A stretch of 64,000 nucleotides of DNA, taken from NCBI GenBank assembly GCA_963845515.1, contig CAWJSR010000049.1, forward strand, positions 1-64,000, read 5' to 3'. The position numbers and the translations under genes are program-made. The notes beneath the pieces were generated by a model. The model was not told the origin of the DNA and searched no databases. It worked only from the letters and a program-made list of their open reading frames with translations. Positions 38,552 to 49,414 of the stretch are shown piece by piece. Origin of the DNA: an uncultured delta proteobacterium. Its GTDB lineage: Bacteria; Myxococcota; Myxococcia; Myxococcales; Anaeromyxobacteraceae. The first letter of the stretch is position 1; the number at the start of each line of letters is the position of its first letter.

Positions 38552-38737
38552 GAGCAGCGCGGCCGGCAGCGCCACGATGCGGGCCAGCGCCGCGCCGAGC
38601 GCCCGCAGGAGCCGCTCGGCGCGGCGTGCCCGCTCCCGCCGCCGGGAGGTCCGCTCGACCTGGAGGAAGAGCGCGATCTCGTCAGGCGTGCACCCGCCTG
38701 CCATGAGCTCGGCCACGACTTCTCTCCTGGTCGCCAT
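38537..38737 (-). CDS. Small hypothetical protein
   Basis: 66 aa, GGAG RBS, directly downstream of the OmpA/Pal-like gene, hydrophobic C-terminus. Confidence 0.45.
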   Translation of the reverse strand: MATRREVVAELMAGGCTPDEIALFLQVERTSRRRERARRAERLLRALGAALARIVALPAALLLPTR

Positions 38738-38765
38738 GGTCGGCTCCGATCGCGCGCGGTGGGGA

Positions 38766-39314
38766 TCAGGCGCCCGGGACGACGCGCTCGCCGTCCGAGA
38801 GCTTCTCGCCGGGGGAGCGCAGCTCGGCCCGGCGGTTCTCGGTCCAGGCCTGCTCGGTCTCGGAGCGCACGAGCGGGTAGGCCTCGCCGTAGCTCACGGC
38901 CTCGACCTCGGCGACGACGCCCAGCTTCTGGAGGAAGCCCCGGACGCCCTCGGCGCGGCGCTGCCCGAGGGCGATGTTGTAGGCCTCGGTGCCGCGGTCG
39001 TCGGCGTGCCCCTCGATGACCACCGCCGGGATCTTCTTCTGGGCGATGCACTTCGCGGTCTCCGAGAGCGCCTCACGCGCGGAGGACTCGAGCTGCGTGC
39101 TGTCGAAGGCGAAGTGGATGCGGGTCAGCGTGCAGGGGAGCGGCTCGGTCGGCGCGACCGACGGCTCCTCCGCGAGGGCGACAGTCGTGGTCACTGCAGG
39201 CTGGGCCTGCTCCGCCGGGCGAGCGGGGATCTCCTCGAGCGAGGCGTTGCGGGTGCCGGTGGTGGCGCAGGCGGCGAGCGAGAGGGCGGCGGCGACGACG
39301 GCGAGCTGCTTCAT
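38766..39314 (-). CDS. OmpA/Pal-family peptidoglycan-associated lipoprotein
   Basis: Lipobox LAAC; IHFAFDS, IEGHADDRGTEAYNIALGQRRA, SYGE, ENRRAE. Confidence 0.9.
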   Translation of the reverse strand: MKQLAVVAAALSLAACATTGTRNASLEEIPARPAEQAQPAVTTTVALAEEPSVAPTEPLPCTLTRIHFAFDSTQLESSAREALSETAKCIAQKKIPAVVIEGHADDRGTEAYNIALGQRRAEGVRGFLQKLGVVAEVEAVSYGEAYPLVRSETEQAWTENRRAELRSPGEKLSDGERVVPGA

Positions 39315-39458
39315 GACGGGGGCTCCGTGCGGATGGGGGTTGCCGGGCCGCGATCGGCGCGGCTCACCGTGACCTTCACCCCACGCCCGGTTTTCTCTCT
39401 CGCCCGCGGCGGCCGGCGCCGGGTAGAAGGGTTCGACCCGGCGAGCCGGGTGAACCCC

Positions 39459-40424
39459 ATGCCCTACCGCGGCCGCTACGCCCCGAGCCCCACCGGCCCC
39501 CTCCACCTCGGCAACGCCCGCACTGCCCTGATCGCGTGGCTCCACGCCAGGGCGGAGGGCGGGGCCTTCGTCCTGCGGGTGGAGGACCTGGACGGTCCGC
39601 GGGTCCGGCCGGGGATGGAGGCGCGCATCGTCGACGAGCTGCGCTGGCTCGGGCTGGACTGGGACGAGGGACCCGACGTCGGCGGGGCGCGCGGCCCCTA
39701 TCGCCAGTCGCTCCTCTCGGGGCGCTACGCGGCGGCGCTGGGCCGGCTGCGCGAGGCCGGGGTCGCCTACCCGTGCTTCTGCTCGCGCGCCGAGATCGCG
39801 GGCGCCTCGCACGCGCCGCACGGCCCCGGTGAGGAGGGGCCGCGCTACCCGGGCACCTGCCGCGACCTCTCGGGCGCCGAGGTGGCCCGCCGGTCCGCGC
39901 AGCGGCGGCCCGCGTGGCGGCTGCGGGTGGACGAGGGGGAGGTCTCCTTCGAAGACCTCGTCCACGGGCGGCAGTCGTTCGACGTCCAGGGGACCACGGG
40001 CGACTTCGTGGTGATGCGCGCGGACGGCATCGCCGCCTACCAGCTCGCGGTCGCCGTGGACGACGCCGCGATGGGGATCACCGACGTGGTGCGCGGCGAC
40101 GACCTGCTCCCCTCGACCGCGCGGCAGCTCCTGGTCTACCGCGCCCTCGGCCTCCCTGCGCCGCGCTTCGCCCACGTCCCGCTCGTCGTCGGTGAGGACG
40201 GGGAGCGGCTCGCGAAGCGCCACGGCGCCCTGTCTCTCGGCGAGCTGCGCGACCGCGGCGCCGATCCCGAGGCAGTGGTGGGGCTGCTGGCTGCGCTGTG
40301 CGGCCTCGCGCCCGTCGGGGCGCGCGTTCGCCCTCCCGACCTGGTGGCGGGCTTCGCGCTCGCGCGGTTGCGGCGCGGGGCTGCGGTGCTGCACGCCGAG
40401 CGCGTCGCCGCCCTGGGCGGTTGA
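39459..40424 (+). CDS. gluQ: Glutamyl-Q tRNA(Asp) synthetase
   Basis: GRYAPSPTGPLHLGN, LRVEDLD, YPCFCSR, YPGTCR, AYQLAVAVDD, VVRGDDLL, RLAKR. No anticodon-binding domain. Confidence 0.92.
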   Translation: MPYRGRYAPSPTGPLHLGNARTALIAWLHARAEGGAFVLRVEDLDGPRVRPGMEARIVDELRWLGLDWDEGPDVGGARGPYRQSLLSGRYAAALGRLREAGVAYPCFCSRAEIAGASHAPHGPGEEGPRYPGTCRDLSGAEVARRSAQRRPAWRLRVDEGEVSFEDLVHGRQSFDVQGTTGDFVVMRADGIAAYQLAVAVDDAAMGITDVVRGDDLLPSTARQLLVYRALGLPAPRFAHVPLVVGEDGERLAKRHGALSLGELRDRGADPEAVVGLLAALCGLAPVGARVRPPDLVAGFALARLRRGAAVLHAERVAALGG

Positions 40425-42753
40425 TCAGCCGGCGTGGCCGACGGCGCGGAGGCGCCGTCCGGCGCGCTGCCGGCCGTCGATCGCCTCGCGAACCAGCCTG
40501 CGCAGCTCGCTGGGAGCCACCGGCTTGAGGGCGAAGCGGTCGACGCCGAGGGACGCCGCCGTCTCCGGGGTCATCCGCTCGCTGTAGCCGGTGCAGAGGA
40601 TGACCGGCAGGTCCGGGCGCAGCGCGCGGGCCCGGCGGACGAGCTCCTCGCCGGTGACGCCGGGCATGGTCATGTCGGTGACGATCGCGTCCCAGTGGTC
40701 GGGAGCGTCCTCGAAGGCGCGGATCGCGTCGCGGCTGTCGGTGAACGCGCTGGCCGCGTAGCCTCCCCGCGCGAGCGCGCGCTGGGTCACCTCGGTGAGG
40801 AGCGGCTCGTCGTCCACGAGCAGCACCCGCTCGTCTCCACCGTTCAGCGGCGCCTCCGCCGGCGCGGCCTGTGCGGCCGTCGCCCCGTCGGCGATCGGGA
40901 GGTGCACGTCGAAGGTGGACCCGAAGCCCGGCGCGCTGCGGACCGTCAGGTACCCGCCGCTCGCCTTGACGATGCCGTGCACCACGGCGAGCCCCATGCC
41001 GGCCCCCTCTCCCTCGCGGCGCGTCGTGAAGAAGGGCTCGAAGATCCGCTCCTGGACCTCGCGAGGCATGCCGCACCCGGAGTCGCGGACCGAGAGCCTG
41101 GCGAAGCGCTGCGGGGCGACGCCCTCCACCCGGGCCTCGACCGGATCGAAGTGGGTCTCCGCGATCTCCACCTCGAGCACGCCGCCATGCTCCTTCATCG
41201 CGAGCGCCGCGTTGGTGCAGAGGTTGACGAGGATCTGGTGGAGCTGCGCCGGGTCTGCCATCACGACGGCGTCGCAGTCGAGCCGCGACCTCACCTCGAT
41301 GGTCGAGGGGAGCGACGCGCGCAGGAGCTTGAGCGCCTCCATCGCGACGAGGCGAGGCTGGACGGAGACGCGCTCCTGCGAGGCCTGCCGGCTGAAGGCC
41401 AGGATCTGGCGGACCAGCTCGGCGGCGCGCCGCCCGGCCTGGCGGACGACCTCCATGTCCTCGCGCACCTCCTCGGAGAGGGTCTCGCTCTTCAGGCAGA
41501 ACTCGGTGTAGCCGATGATCGCGCCCAGGATGTTGTTGAAGTCGTGCGCGATCCCGCCTGCGAGGGTGCCGATGGCCTCCAGCCTCTGGGACCTGGCGAG
41601 CCGCTCGTGCAGCGCGTCGCGCTCGGTCGCGGCGACCCGCTGTGCCGTGATGTCCGTCACCGTGAACGAGAGCCCCTGCGTCCAGTCGCACGGATCGAGC
41701 GCTCGCCACTGCAGCAGGACGTCGATGGCTGCACCGTCCTTGCGGCGCCAGACCGTCTCCACGGCGCGGGCGCCCTCGACGTGCTCTCCCAGGTGGAGCT
41801 GCTCCCCGACGCGGAGGTACTCGTCCTCGTCGCGATAGAGGCTGCGGAGCTCCATCCCCGCGAGCTCCGCCGGCGGCGAAGCCGGTGATCTCGCAGAACC
41901 GCTCGTTCACCCGCCGCAGCGTCCGGTCGACCGACAGCGCGACGCCCACCGGGGTGGCGTCGAAGAGGTGCTGCAGCAGGGCGGCGCTGTCCCTCGCGGC
42001 CTTCTCGGCGGCGACGACGGCACGCACCGCATCCTCGCGGCGCACGATCTCCTCGCGCAGCAGCGCGTTGGAGTCGACCAGCGACGCTTCGCCGAAGCGG
42101 ACGCGCGCCGCCATCCTGCCGAAGCTCCGGACGATCGAGGAGAACTCGCGGTAGTGGAGCTCGGGCACCTCCTCGGGGTAGCGGCCGAAGGAGAGCCGGT
42201 CGAGCAGCGAGACGAGCTGCCCGAGCGGCCTGCGGAGCGTCCGCTGGATGAGCAGCCCCGAGGCGAGCAGCGCCACGATCACCGCGATCGCCGTGGCCGC
42301 GCTGAGCTCGAGCGACGTGAGGAGCGCTCCCCAGTAGCTGCTGCGCCCGACCCCCAGCTCGACGCGGCCGAGGAGCTTCCCGCCGTGCTGGATGGGCGCG
42401 GCGGCCCCGATGTTGTCACCGGTGCGCTCGCCGTGGGTGAAGAGGACGCCGCCGTGGGCATCGGAGACGCGGAGCCACGCCACGGCGTCGGCGTGCGAGA
42501 ACGCGCGGCACGCCAGCGCCAGGCTCTCGAGGTCGCCGGCCTCGAGCGGCTCCACGAAGCCGTCGGCGAGGTCGCGCGCGTACTCCGACGTGCGCCGCTC
42601 CCATGAGCGGCGCTCCTGCCGCGCGACGAGCAGCGTGCCGGTCAAGCTGGTCAGGGCGAAGACGACCGCCACGGACACCACGAGGTGCGCCGTGAGCCGA
42701 CCGGCCAGGGTCCGTTCGCCCCGTGCTTTGGTGGGAGAGGTCTCGGCGTTCAT
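40425..42753 (-). CDS. Hybrid sensor histidine kinase (2TM-HAMP-PAS-HisKA-HATPase-REC); apparent +1 frameshift near 41875
   Basis: The N-part (MNAETS...VNERFCEITGF) and C-part (AELAGMELRSLY...LAGGIAHDFNNIL...LVDDE) are in different frames. The break falls in the middle of the PAS domain. Confidence 0.85.
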
Positions 42754-43012
42754 GTGGGCGGACAATAGGACTGCAAAGTCGGGACCTTCCGCTGCCCGCG
42801 ACCCCTCGGGGTGAAGGGGGGAATGGATCGCCGGGGAGGCCGCCGCGCCGGCGGTGCGGCGTAACGTCGCAGCCGGGCTACAGTATTCCGCCCGTCCCGC
42901 CAGGCAGCTTCAGCGGCGAGGTCGTCACGTCAGGTGAAGTGCCTTGGCGGTCGTCCGATGAGGCAGCGCCGACCCGGGGTTCCGGCCACTGGACCGGTCC
43001 GCGGCCCGTACG

Positions 43013-43654
43013 TCAGTCCTCGCCCGGCGCAGGGGGCGCGTAGCGCGACACCAGGAGGCTGCCCAGGATCCCGTCCCGGAAGGCGCCGAGGATCGCGCTG
43101 CAGCCGAAGCCGTAGACCGGCCCCTTCTCGCCGGCGCTGGTCTGCTCGAGCCCGCAGCACTCCTTCCCGAAGGCGCCCCCTTCGTCCACCTCGAGCGGGC
43201 CGAGGATCTTCTCGACGTCCGCCCGCGACATGCCGGGGCGCAGCCCCGCCTCCAGCGCGCCGGGGATCGCGCTCGTCGTCCCGCAGGAGCCGATCGAGTC
43301 GGGATCGGTCGCCGCGAGCGCGAGCGAGCGGATGGGCTGGTCCGCGACCCGCCCGTTGGCGAAGAGGGCGAAGCCCCTGGCCCCGGGCAGCAGCCAGCAG
43401 GCCCGCTCGCCCCCGGCGGCCAGCGGGGGGGGTCCGAGCAGCTCCAGCACCTCGCCGAACGTGGTCGTCCCCGCCTCGATCGGGCCGATCCGGCGGAGCG
43501 AGCTGGGCGACACCTTGCACACGTCGGGAGCGGCGGCGGCGGTGAGGGCCGACTCGGTCGGAGCGTCGGGCGGCGGTCCCGGACGCGGCCCGAGGGCGCA
43601 CGCGGCGGCGGCGAACAGAGCGGCTGAGAGCGGCAGGCGGGGAAGGAGCTCCAC
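43013..43654 (-). CDS. Hypothetical lipoprotein (Cys-containing, repeated 'E.LGP' units)
   Basis: Lipobox-like FAAAAC; GTTTFGEVLELLGP and GMSRADVEKILGP resemble SmpA/BLIP-like repeats. Confidence 0.5.
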   Translation of the reverse strand: MELLPRLPLSAALFAAAACALGPRPGPPPDAPTESALTAAAAPDVCKVSPSSLRRIGPIEAGTTTFGEVLELLGPPPLAAGGERACWLLPGARGFALFANGRVADQPIRSLALAATDPDSIGSCGTTSAIPGALEAGLRPGMSRADVEKILGPLEVDEGGAFGKECCGLEQTSAGEKGPVYGFGCSAILGAFRDGILGSLLVSRYAPPAPGED

Positions 43655-43754
43655 GGCCGGGACGCTACTTGCGGAGCGGCAGAGTCGCAAGGTCGAGTGA
43701 CACGCAGCGTGGCCTCAGGTTGTTGCCGAAACCGGGTGGCGCGCCTACCTTGGC

Positions 43755-44570
43755 GTGGGCCCTCCCTTGCCGCGCAACCTGCTCGCACTTCCCCGCGCCA
43801 TCGGTGGCGCCGTCGTGGACTCGGCGGCCTACGCCGTCCGGATCTCCGCGATCATCGGGTACGCGCTCCACTCCCTCACGGTCGCGCGGGGGCGGCTGCG
43901 GCCGGTCGTCCGCGCCGTGCTCTACCGCCAGATCCTCTTCACTGGCGTCCAGGCGATCCCCTTCACGGCGCTCATCGCGGGGCTCGTCGCGATGATCGTC
44001 GTGGTCCAGGCGCGGCTGGGCGGCGGGGTCGCCGAGGGCGGCGTCGTGGGCCGGCTGCTCGTCGTCGCCATCGTCCGCGAGCTGGGGCCGCTCGTGGTCG
44101 GCACGATCGTCGTGGCGCGCTCCTGCAGCGCGATCGCCGCGGAGCTCGGGAACATGCGCGTGGGGCGCGAGATCGACTCGCTCGTCGCGATGGGGGTCGA
44201 TCCGTTCGAGTACCTCGTCCTCCCGCGGCTCACCGGCGTGGCGGTCGCGGTGATGTGCCTCACCGTGGTCTTCGTCACGGTCTCGCTCGGCGCCGGCGCC
44301 GGGCTCTCGGCGCTGCTCACGGAGAGGACCGGCGCAGGAGAGATCATGCGGCTCGTCGGCGAGAACCTGCAGCCGGTCGACCACCTCGTGGTCCTGGCCA
44401 AGACCCTCGTCCCCGGGCTGCTGATGGCGGCCATCAGCTGCCACGAGGGGCTCTCAGCCGCGGGCAGCGTGACGGCGGTCCCGCCCGCCGTGACGGCGGC
44501 GGTGGTCCGCTCCCTCGCCGCGGTCTTCGTCTGGGACTCGCTCGTGACCGCGCTGGTCTACATCGCATGA
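43755..44570 (+). CDS. MlaE-family ABC permease
   Basis: IVRELGPL, RSCSAIAAELGNMRVGREIDSLVAMGVDPFEYLVLPR, VTAAVVRS. Confidence 0.9.
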   Translation: MGPPLPRNLLALPRAIGGAVVDSAAYAVRISAIIGYALHSLTVARGRLRPVVRAVLYRQILFTGVQAIPFTALIAGLVAMIVVVQARLGGGVAEGGVVGRLLVVAIVRELGPLVVGTIVVARSCSAIAAELGNMRVGREIDSLVAMGVDPFEYLVLPRLTGVAVAVMCLTVVFVTVSLGAGAGLSALLTERTGAGEIMRLVGENLQPVDHLVVLAKTLVPGLLMAAISCHEGLSAAGSVTAVPPAVTAAVVRSLAAVFVWDSLVTALVYIA

Positions 44571-45229
44571 CGGCGGTGCTCCAGATCGCTGGACTCTCCC
44601 TGGACGGTCGCGCCGGCCCCGGGCTGGTCCGCGGGTTCGACCTCGTCGTCGAGCCCGGCGAGCGGGTCGTCGTCGCGGGCCCGGTGGAGGCGACCAGCGG
44701 GATCCTGCGCGCGGTGATGGGGCTCGAGACGCCGGCCGTCGGGACGGTCCGGCTCCTCGGCGAGGGGCTCGCCGCGCTGCCACGCCACGACGCCGAGGCG
44801 CTCCTCGCGAAGGTGGGGTACGCGGCGAGCGTCGGCGCCCTCGTGTCCAACCTGCCCCTGCGCGACAACCTCCTCCTGCCCCTGCGCTACCACCGGCGGC
44901 TCGGCTCGACCGAGGTGCCCGAGGCGGCGTCACGGGCGGCCGCCCGCTTCGGCCTCGGCGCGATCCCGCTCGCGATCCCTCCTGTCGTCTCCGTCCTGAT
45001 GCGCCGGCGCGTCACGCTCGCGCGCGCCACCATCCTCGAACCCGTCCTGCTCGTCGTCGACGATCCGACCGAGGATCTCGACGCGGCTGGCGCCGACGAG
45101 ATCGCGGACCGGCTCGCCGCGGCTGCGGCGGAGCTCGGCGCCGCCGTCCTCGCCGCGTCGAACGACTTCCGCGTCGGCGCCGCCCTGCGCGCGCGCACCC
45201 TCCTCGTCACCCAAACGGTCGAGCCATGA
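44567..45229 (+). CDS. MlaF-like ABC ATP-binding protein with degenerate Walker A and signature motifs
   Basis: ABC fold is recognisable (LVSNLPLRDNLLLPLRYH, RRRVTLARATILEPVLLVVDDPTEDLD), but the P-loop reads GPVEATSG and LSGG is replaced by VSVL. Confidence 0.75.
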   Translation: MTAVLQIAGLSLDGRAGPGLVRGFDLVVEPGERVVVAGPVEATSGILRAVMGLETPAVGTVRLLGEGLAALPRHDAEALLAKVGYAASVGALVSNLPLRDNLLLPLRYHRRLGSTEVPEAASRAAARFGLGAIPLAIPPVVSVLMRRRVTLARATILEPVLLVVDDPTEDLDAAGADEIADRLAAAAAELGAAVLAASNDFRVGAALRARTLLVTQTVEP

Positions 45230-46291
45230 GCCTCAACGAGCCCTTCAAGTTCCGCTACGTGCGCGAGATCGTCGGCGTCTTCGTCCTCGGCTCCTTCGCG
45301 GTCGCGCTGGTCGGCCTGCTCGCGATCGGCACGGGGCGCCGCTGGTTCGAGCGGAAGGCCGACCTCCGCGCCGTCTTCCAGGCCAAGAAGGCGGCGGTCA
45401 TCCACAAGGGCGTCCCGGTCCGGCTCGCCGGGGAGCTGGTGGGCGAGGTGACCGCGATCCGGCTGGAGGGGATCGAGCTGAGCCACGTGACGCTGCGGGT
45501 GAACTCCGCGGCGCTGGAGGTGCTCCGGACCGACTCGAAGGCCATCCTGCGGGTCCCGATCGCGGGGCTCGTCGGCGAGCTGGCGATCGAGCTGACGCCT
45601 GGGACGGAGTCCGCCCCGTTCCCGCCCGGCGCCGAGCTCCCCGGGATCTCCCAGGGCGACCTCTTCGGACAGCTCGAGGACGTGGCGGCGGTCCTGGCGG
45701 TCGAGGTGCCGGCCATCACGAAGCAGGTCCGCATCCTGCTGGAGAACGGCAACGCCCTCGCTGGCCAGGCCGTCGAGGGGCGCGCCGGCACCCACGCGTC
45801 GGCGCTCCTCGCCAACACGTCGAGGCTCGTCGGCGCAGCTGGAGCGCGAGAAGGTCGCGGTGCGCGCCGCCGCCATCCTCGGAGAGCTCGACACCCTCCT
45901 GGCGTCGGTCAACGCGGGCGAGGGGACGGTCGGCCACCTCGTGAAGGATCCCGCGGTGCACGATCGGATCGCCGCGCTCCTCGCTGACCTCCACGCGAGC
46001 TGGGTCGACATCGCGAAGATCCTCGAGGGCACCGGGAAGCTGGCGAGCGACGCCGGGGTGCTGACCGCCCAGGTGAAGAAGCGGGCGGACTCCATCCCGG
46101 CGATGATGGACCAGACCGAGCGGCTCCTCCTCCGGACCAACCAGACTCTGGAGGGGATGCAGCGCCACTGGCTGCTCCGCGGCTCGATCGACGAGCCAGG
46201 CCCGCCGCCGGTGCCGCCCGCGGTGCTCGATACGCCGCCGCCGGACGACGAGCCGGCGGGCGGCGTGAAGAGCGAAGGAGGTGCGCCGTGA
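45226..46291 (+). CDS. MlaD/MCE-domain protein with long helical extension; apparent +1 frameshift near 45832
   Basis: TM, GVPVRLAGELVGEV, GLVGELAIELTPG (MCE). Removing one G joins it to VNAGEGTVGHLVKDP...MQRHWLLRG. Confidence 0.82.
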
Positions 46292-46305
46292 GCACCCCGA
46301 GATGG

Positions 46306-46346
46306 CCCCCTCACCCAGCCTCTCCCCCGCGGGGGCGGGGGAGAGG
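46306..46346 (+). repeat. REP-like palindromic element
   Basis: CCCCCTCACCCAGCCTCTCCCCCGC-GGGG-GCGGGGGAGAGG; nearly identical to the copy at 54236. Confidence 0.75.
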
Positions 46347-46392
46347 TGCATCACGACGGCGCGGGAGCGGTGAGGGGCCGGCCTCCCGGTCA

Positions 46393-47358
46393 GTGAGCGA
46401 CCTCGCCGCGCGGCCGCTCGCCCTCGCCCTCGCGCTGCTCGCCGCCTGCTCGTCGACGCCGCGCCCGACCCCAGCGGTCGAGCGCGCCAGCGTCCATCGC
46501 GCGTCGGGGGACGAGGCGCGCTCGATGGGCGATCCGGCGGCCGCGGCCTACGCCTACTCGCGCGCCCTCGCCGCCGCGAGGGCCGCCGACGATCGCGAGA
46601 TGGCGGCGGACTCGGGCTACCGGCTCGGGACCGCGCTGCTCGCCGCGGGCCAGCCGATCGAGGCGGCGGTCCAGCTGGAGGATGCCGCGGCGGTCGCGCT
46701 CCGGATCGGCGACAAGGCGCTTGCCGCCCGCGCGCTGCTCGCGCTCGGCCGGGCGAGGCAGGACGCCCGCGCAGGAGACCTCCGCGGCGCGCTCGAGTCC
46801 GCCTTCGCGCTCGCGGAGGAGGCGCGGGAGCCCTCGCTCGCCGCGCTGGCCCAGCTCGGGCTCGGCGCGACCGGACCGGAGGGAGAGGCCGAGGGCAGGT
46901 ACGCGCGGGCCGAGAAGCTCGCCGGAGGGGATCCCTCCGTCGCCGGGCCGCTGGCGCTCAACCGCGCGCGCCTGGCGGAGCGCCGGGGTGACCTCCCCCG
47001 CGCTGCGCCGCTCTTCCAGGTCGCAGCCGAGAGGTACCGGGACCTGGAAGACTCGACCGGGCTCTACCTGGCCCTCTCGGGAGCGGCGCGCGCCGCCGAC
47101 GCGGAGGGGGGCGCGGAGCGAGCCGCGGCCGCCGCGGATCTCCATCGTCGGGCAGCGGACGCTGCGGTCTTCGCCGGCAGGAGCGGGCAGGGCGCGCAGG
47201 AGCTGCGGCTGGCGGCGGCGGCCCACCGCCGCGCCGGCGACGCAGCGGAGGCGGCGCGGCGCGAGGCCGAGGCCCGCAGGCTCTCGGAGGAGGCCGCGGT
47301 CGAGCAGCGCGCCCTCTCCCGGAATCCTCCCCTCTCCCCCACCGGGGGTGAGGAATGA
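46393..47358 (+). CDS. TPR-like helical lipoprotein of the MCE operon
   Basis: GTG start, lipobox LLAAC, Ala-rich helical repeats (YRLGTALLAAG, ARALLALG, ALNRARLA). Confidence 0.7.
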   Translation: MSDLAARPLALALALLAACSSTPRPTPAVERASVHRASGDEARSMGDPAAAAYAYSRALAAARAADDREMAADSGYRLGTALLAAGQPIEAAVQLEDAAAVALRIGDKALAARALLALGRARQDARAGDLRGALESAFALAEEAREPSLAALAQLGLGATGPEGEAEGRYARAEKLAGGDPSVAGPLALNRARLAERRGDLPRAAPLFQVAAERYRDLEDSTGLYLALSGAARAADAEGGAERAAAAADLHRRAADAAVFAGRSGQGAQELRLAAAAHRRAGDAAEAARREAEARRLSEEAAVEQRALSRNPPLSPTGGEE

Positions 47359-47368
47359 GGTGGGAGGG
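47329..47368 (-). repeat. REP-like element, inverted copy supplying the last codons and stop of the TPR gene
   Basis: Reverse complement reads CCCTCCCACCTCATTCCTCACCCCCGGTGGGGGAGAGGGG, related to the 17334 copy. Confidence 0.6.
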
Positions 47369-47384
47369 CGGTTAGATCTACAGG

Positions 47385-47597
47385 GTGCCGCCCGCCCCGA
47401 TCGCAGTGATCCTCCCCGCCTGCACCGGCTGCGGCGCCTGCGTCGCGCCGTGCCCCGCGCGTGCGGTCACGCTGGAGAGCGAGCAGCCCGGGGGCTTCGG
47501 CGCGAAGCGCGCGGTCGTGGAACCCGCGCGCTGCACGGGCTGCGGGGAGTGCGTCCCCGCATGCCCGCACGCCGCCCTCGTGATGGGGAGCCGGTGA
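47385..47597 (+). CDS. 2x[4Fe-4S] ferredoxin
   Basis: CTGCGACVAPCP and CTGCGECVPACP. Confidence 0.88.
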   Translation: MPPAPIAVILPACTGCGACVAPCPARAVTLESEQPGGFGAKRAVVEPARCTGCGECVPACPHAALVMGSR

Positions 47598-47626
47598 ACG
47601 CTCCCTCGGCACGTCGGCGTCGCTGA

Positions 47627-49228
47627 CTAGACGGCCCGCAGCACCTTGGCGGCCGTATTGCGGGAACCCCACGCTGGCGCCTGGTGCTGCGCCGACTGGG
47701 GGCGCTGGGGCCGGGCGCCCCCCTCCAGCTTGAAGAAGTTCATGAGCTCGCTGAGCGCCTCGGCCTGCGCCGCCATCTCCTCGGCGGTCGACGCGAGCTC
47801 CTCGGACGTGCCCGCGTTGCGCCCAGTGACCTCGTCGACGGCCTTCATGGCCTGGTTGATCTGGGCGACGCCGGCGGCCTGCTGCTGGCTCGCGGCCGCG
47901 ACCTCCTGGACCAGGTCGGCGGTCTTCTGGATCGACGGCACCAGCTCGTCCAGGAGCACGCGGGACCGGTTGGCGACGGCGACGCTCGCCCCCGCCAGCC
48001 CGCCGATCTCGCCCGCCGCCTTCTGGGCGCGCTCGGCCAGCTTCCGGACCTCGGCCGCGACCACGGCGAAGCCGCGCCCCTGGTCGCCGGCGCGCGCCGC
48101 CTCGATGGCGGCGTTCAGGGCGAGGAGGTTGGTCTGGTAGGCGATCTCGTCGATGATCGAGATCTTCTCGGCGATGACGTTCATCGCCGCCACCGTCTCG
48201 GCGACTGCCTTCCCGCCCTCGGTGGCGTCGTGCGCCCCCTTGCGCGCCATCTCGTCGGTGACCTGGCTGATCTTCGCGTTCCGGTCGATCGAGGCGTTCA
48301 TCTCCTCGAGGGCCGCGGTGATGGCGTCGACGCTGGACGAGAGCTCGCCGGTCCCCTGGGAGAGCCCCTGTGAGGCGTGGGAGACCTGGCTGGATGCGTG
48401 GCTGAGCGCCTCGGACCCGGTCCGCACCTCGCCGATGATCTGGGAGAGCTCGCCGACGAGGTCCGCCTGCGCCTCGAGGAGCCGCCCCACCTCGTCACGG
48501 CCTCCCTGCGTGACCTTCACCGTGAGGTCGCCACGCGCGAGCCTGCGCGCGACCGCCATCGCCTCGCCGATCGGGATCGAGAGGGCGCGCGCGATGAGCC
48601 AGCCGAGGAGACCGACGGCGAGCGCGATGATCCCCGTGACGACGGCCAGCTTCCGCAGCTCCGCGGAGTAGGCGGCGTCGACGTCGTCGAGGTAGATGCC
48701 GGAGCCGACCACCCAGCCCCAGGGCGCGTAGCCCTTCACGTACGAGGTCTTGGGCACGGGCTGCCCGTGGCCAGGCTTCGGCCACATGTAGTCGACGAAC
48801 CCCTCGCCCTTGCGCCGGACCTCCTGGACGAAGGCGACGAAGAGCGCCTTGCCGTTGGGGTCCCGGTATTCGGAGACGTTCTGCCCGTCGAGCTCGGGCT
48901 TGATCGGGTGCATCACGACGCGCGGCTCCATGTCGTTCACCCAGAAGTACTCGGTGCCCGCGTACCGGAGCTTGGAGACGGAGGCGAGGGCGGCGCGCTT
49001 CGCGTCCTCGTCCGTCATGCGCCCCGCGGCGGCCTCGGCGCCGAAGTTCGCGATCACGCCGTATGCGACCTCGACGAGGTGGCGCGTCTTGACCTGCCGG
49101 TCCTCGAGCATCTCGCGCTTCAGGGCCGTGAGGACCTGCCCGGTGGAGAGGAGCAGGCCGACGAGCCCGATCGTGACGAGGACGACGAGCTTGCTGCGTG
49201 TGGACAGGTTGCGGAGAAAGGCGGTCAT
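47627..49228 (-). CDS. Methyl-accepting chemotaxis protein (single Cache, HAMP)
   Basis: YFWVND...MHPIKPEL...YMWPKP...[10 protein letters not shown] (sCache_2); [39 protein letters not shown]. Confidence 0.95.
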   Translation of the reverse strand: MTAFLRNLSTRSKLVVLVTIGLVGLLLSTGQVLTALKREMLEDRQVKTRHLVEVAYGVIANFGAEAAAGRMTDEDAKRAALASVSKLRYAGTEYFWVNDMEPRVVMHPIKPELDGQNVSEYRDPNGKALFVAFVQEVRRKGEGFVDYMWPKPGHGQPVPKTSYVKGYAPWGWVVGSGIYLDDVDAAYSAELRKLAVVTGIIALAVGLLGWLIARALSIPIGEAMAVARRLARGDLTVKVTQGGRDEVGRLLEAQADLVGELSQIIGEVRTGSEALSHASSQVSHASQGLSQGTGELSSSVDAITAALEEMNASIDRNAKISQVTDEMARKGAHDATEGGKAVAETVAAMNVIAEKISIIDEIAYQTNLLALNAAIEAARAGDQGRGFAVVAAEVRKLAERAQKAAGEIGGLAGASVAVANRSRVLLDELVPSIQKTADLVQEVAAASQQQAAGVAQINQAMKAVDEVTGRNAGTSEELASTAEEMAAQAEALSELMNFFKLEGGARPQRPQSAQHQAPAWGSRNTAAKVLRAV

Positions 49229-49414
49229 CCCGGTGGCTCCCGACGGTGGCTGCGGCAGAATGCCACGACCTCTGCAAGGGGCGGGCCGCAAGGCTTGCGC
49301 GACAATTCAAGGGGATCGCGCAGGGTTCCGGCTGCACGGGGTACAGGCACACCCATGGGGCCTGACCCGCCAACAGCCGGTAAACAGGGGCGTAAGGGAC
49401 TACTTTAGGACTAC

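Noticed and set aside
39369..39379. Second copy of GTGAAGGTCAC suggesting a regulon shared with norC
   Set aside because: The same 11-mer also occurs inside the MCP coding region as common codons, so recurrence is plausibly chance.
39459..40424. Glutamyl-tRNA synthetase gltX
   Set aside because: Too short and lacks the anticodon-binding domain; it matches GluQ.
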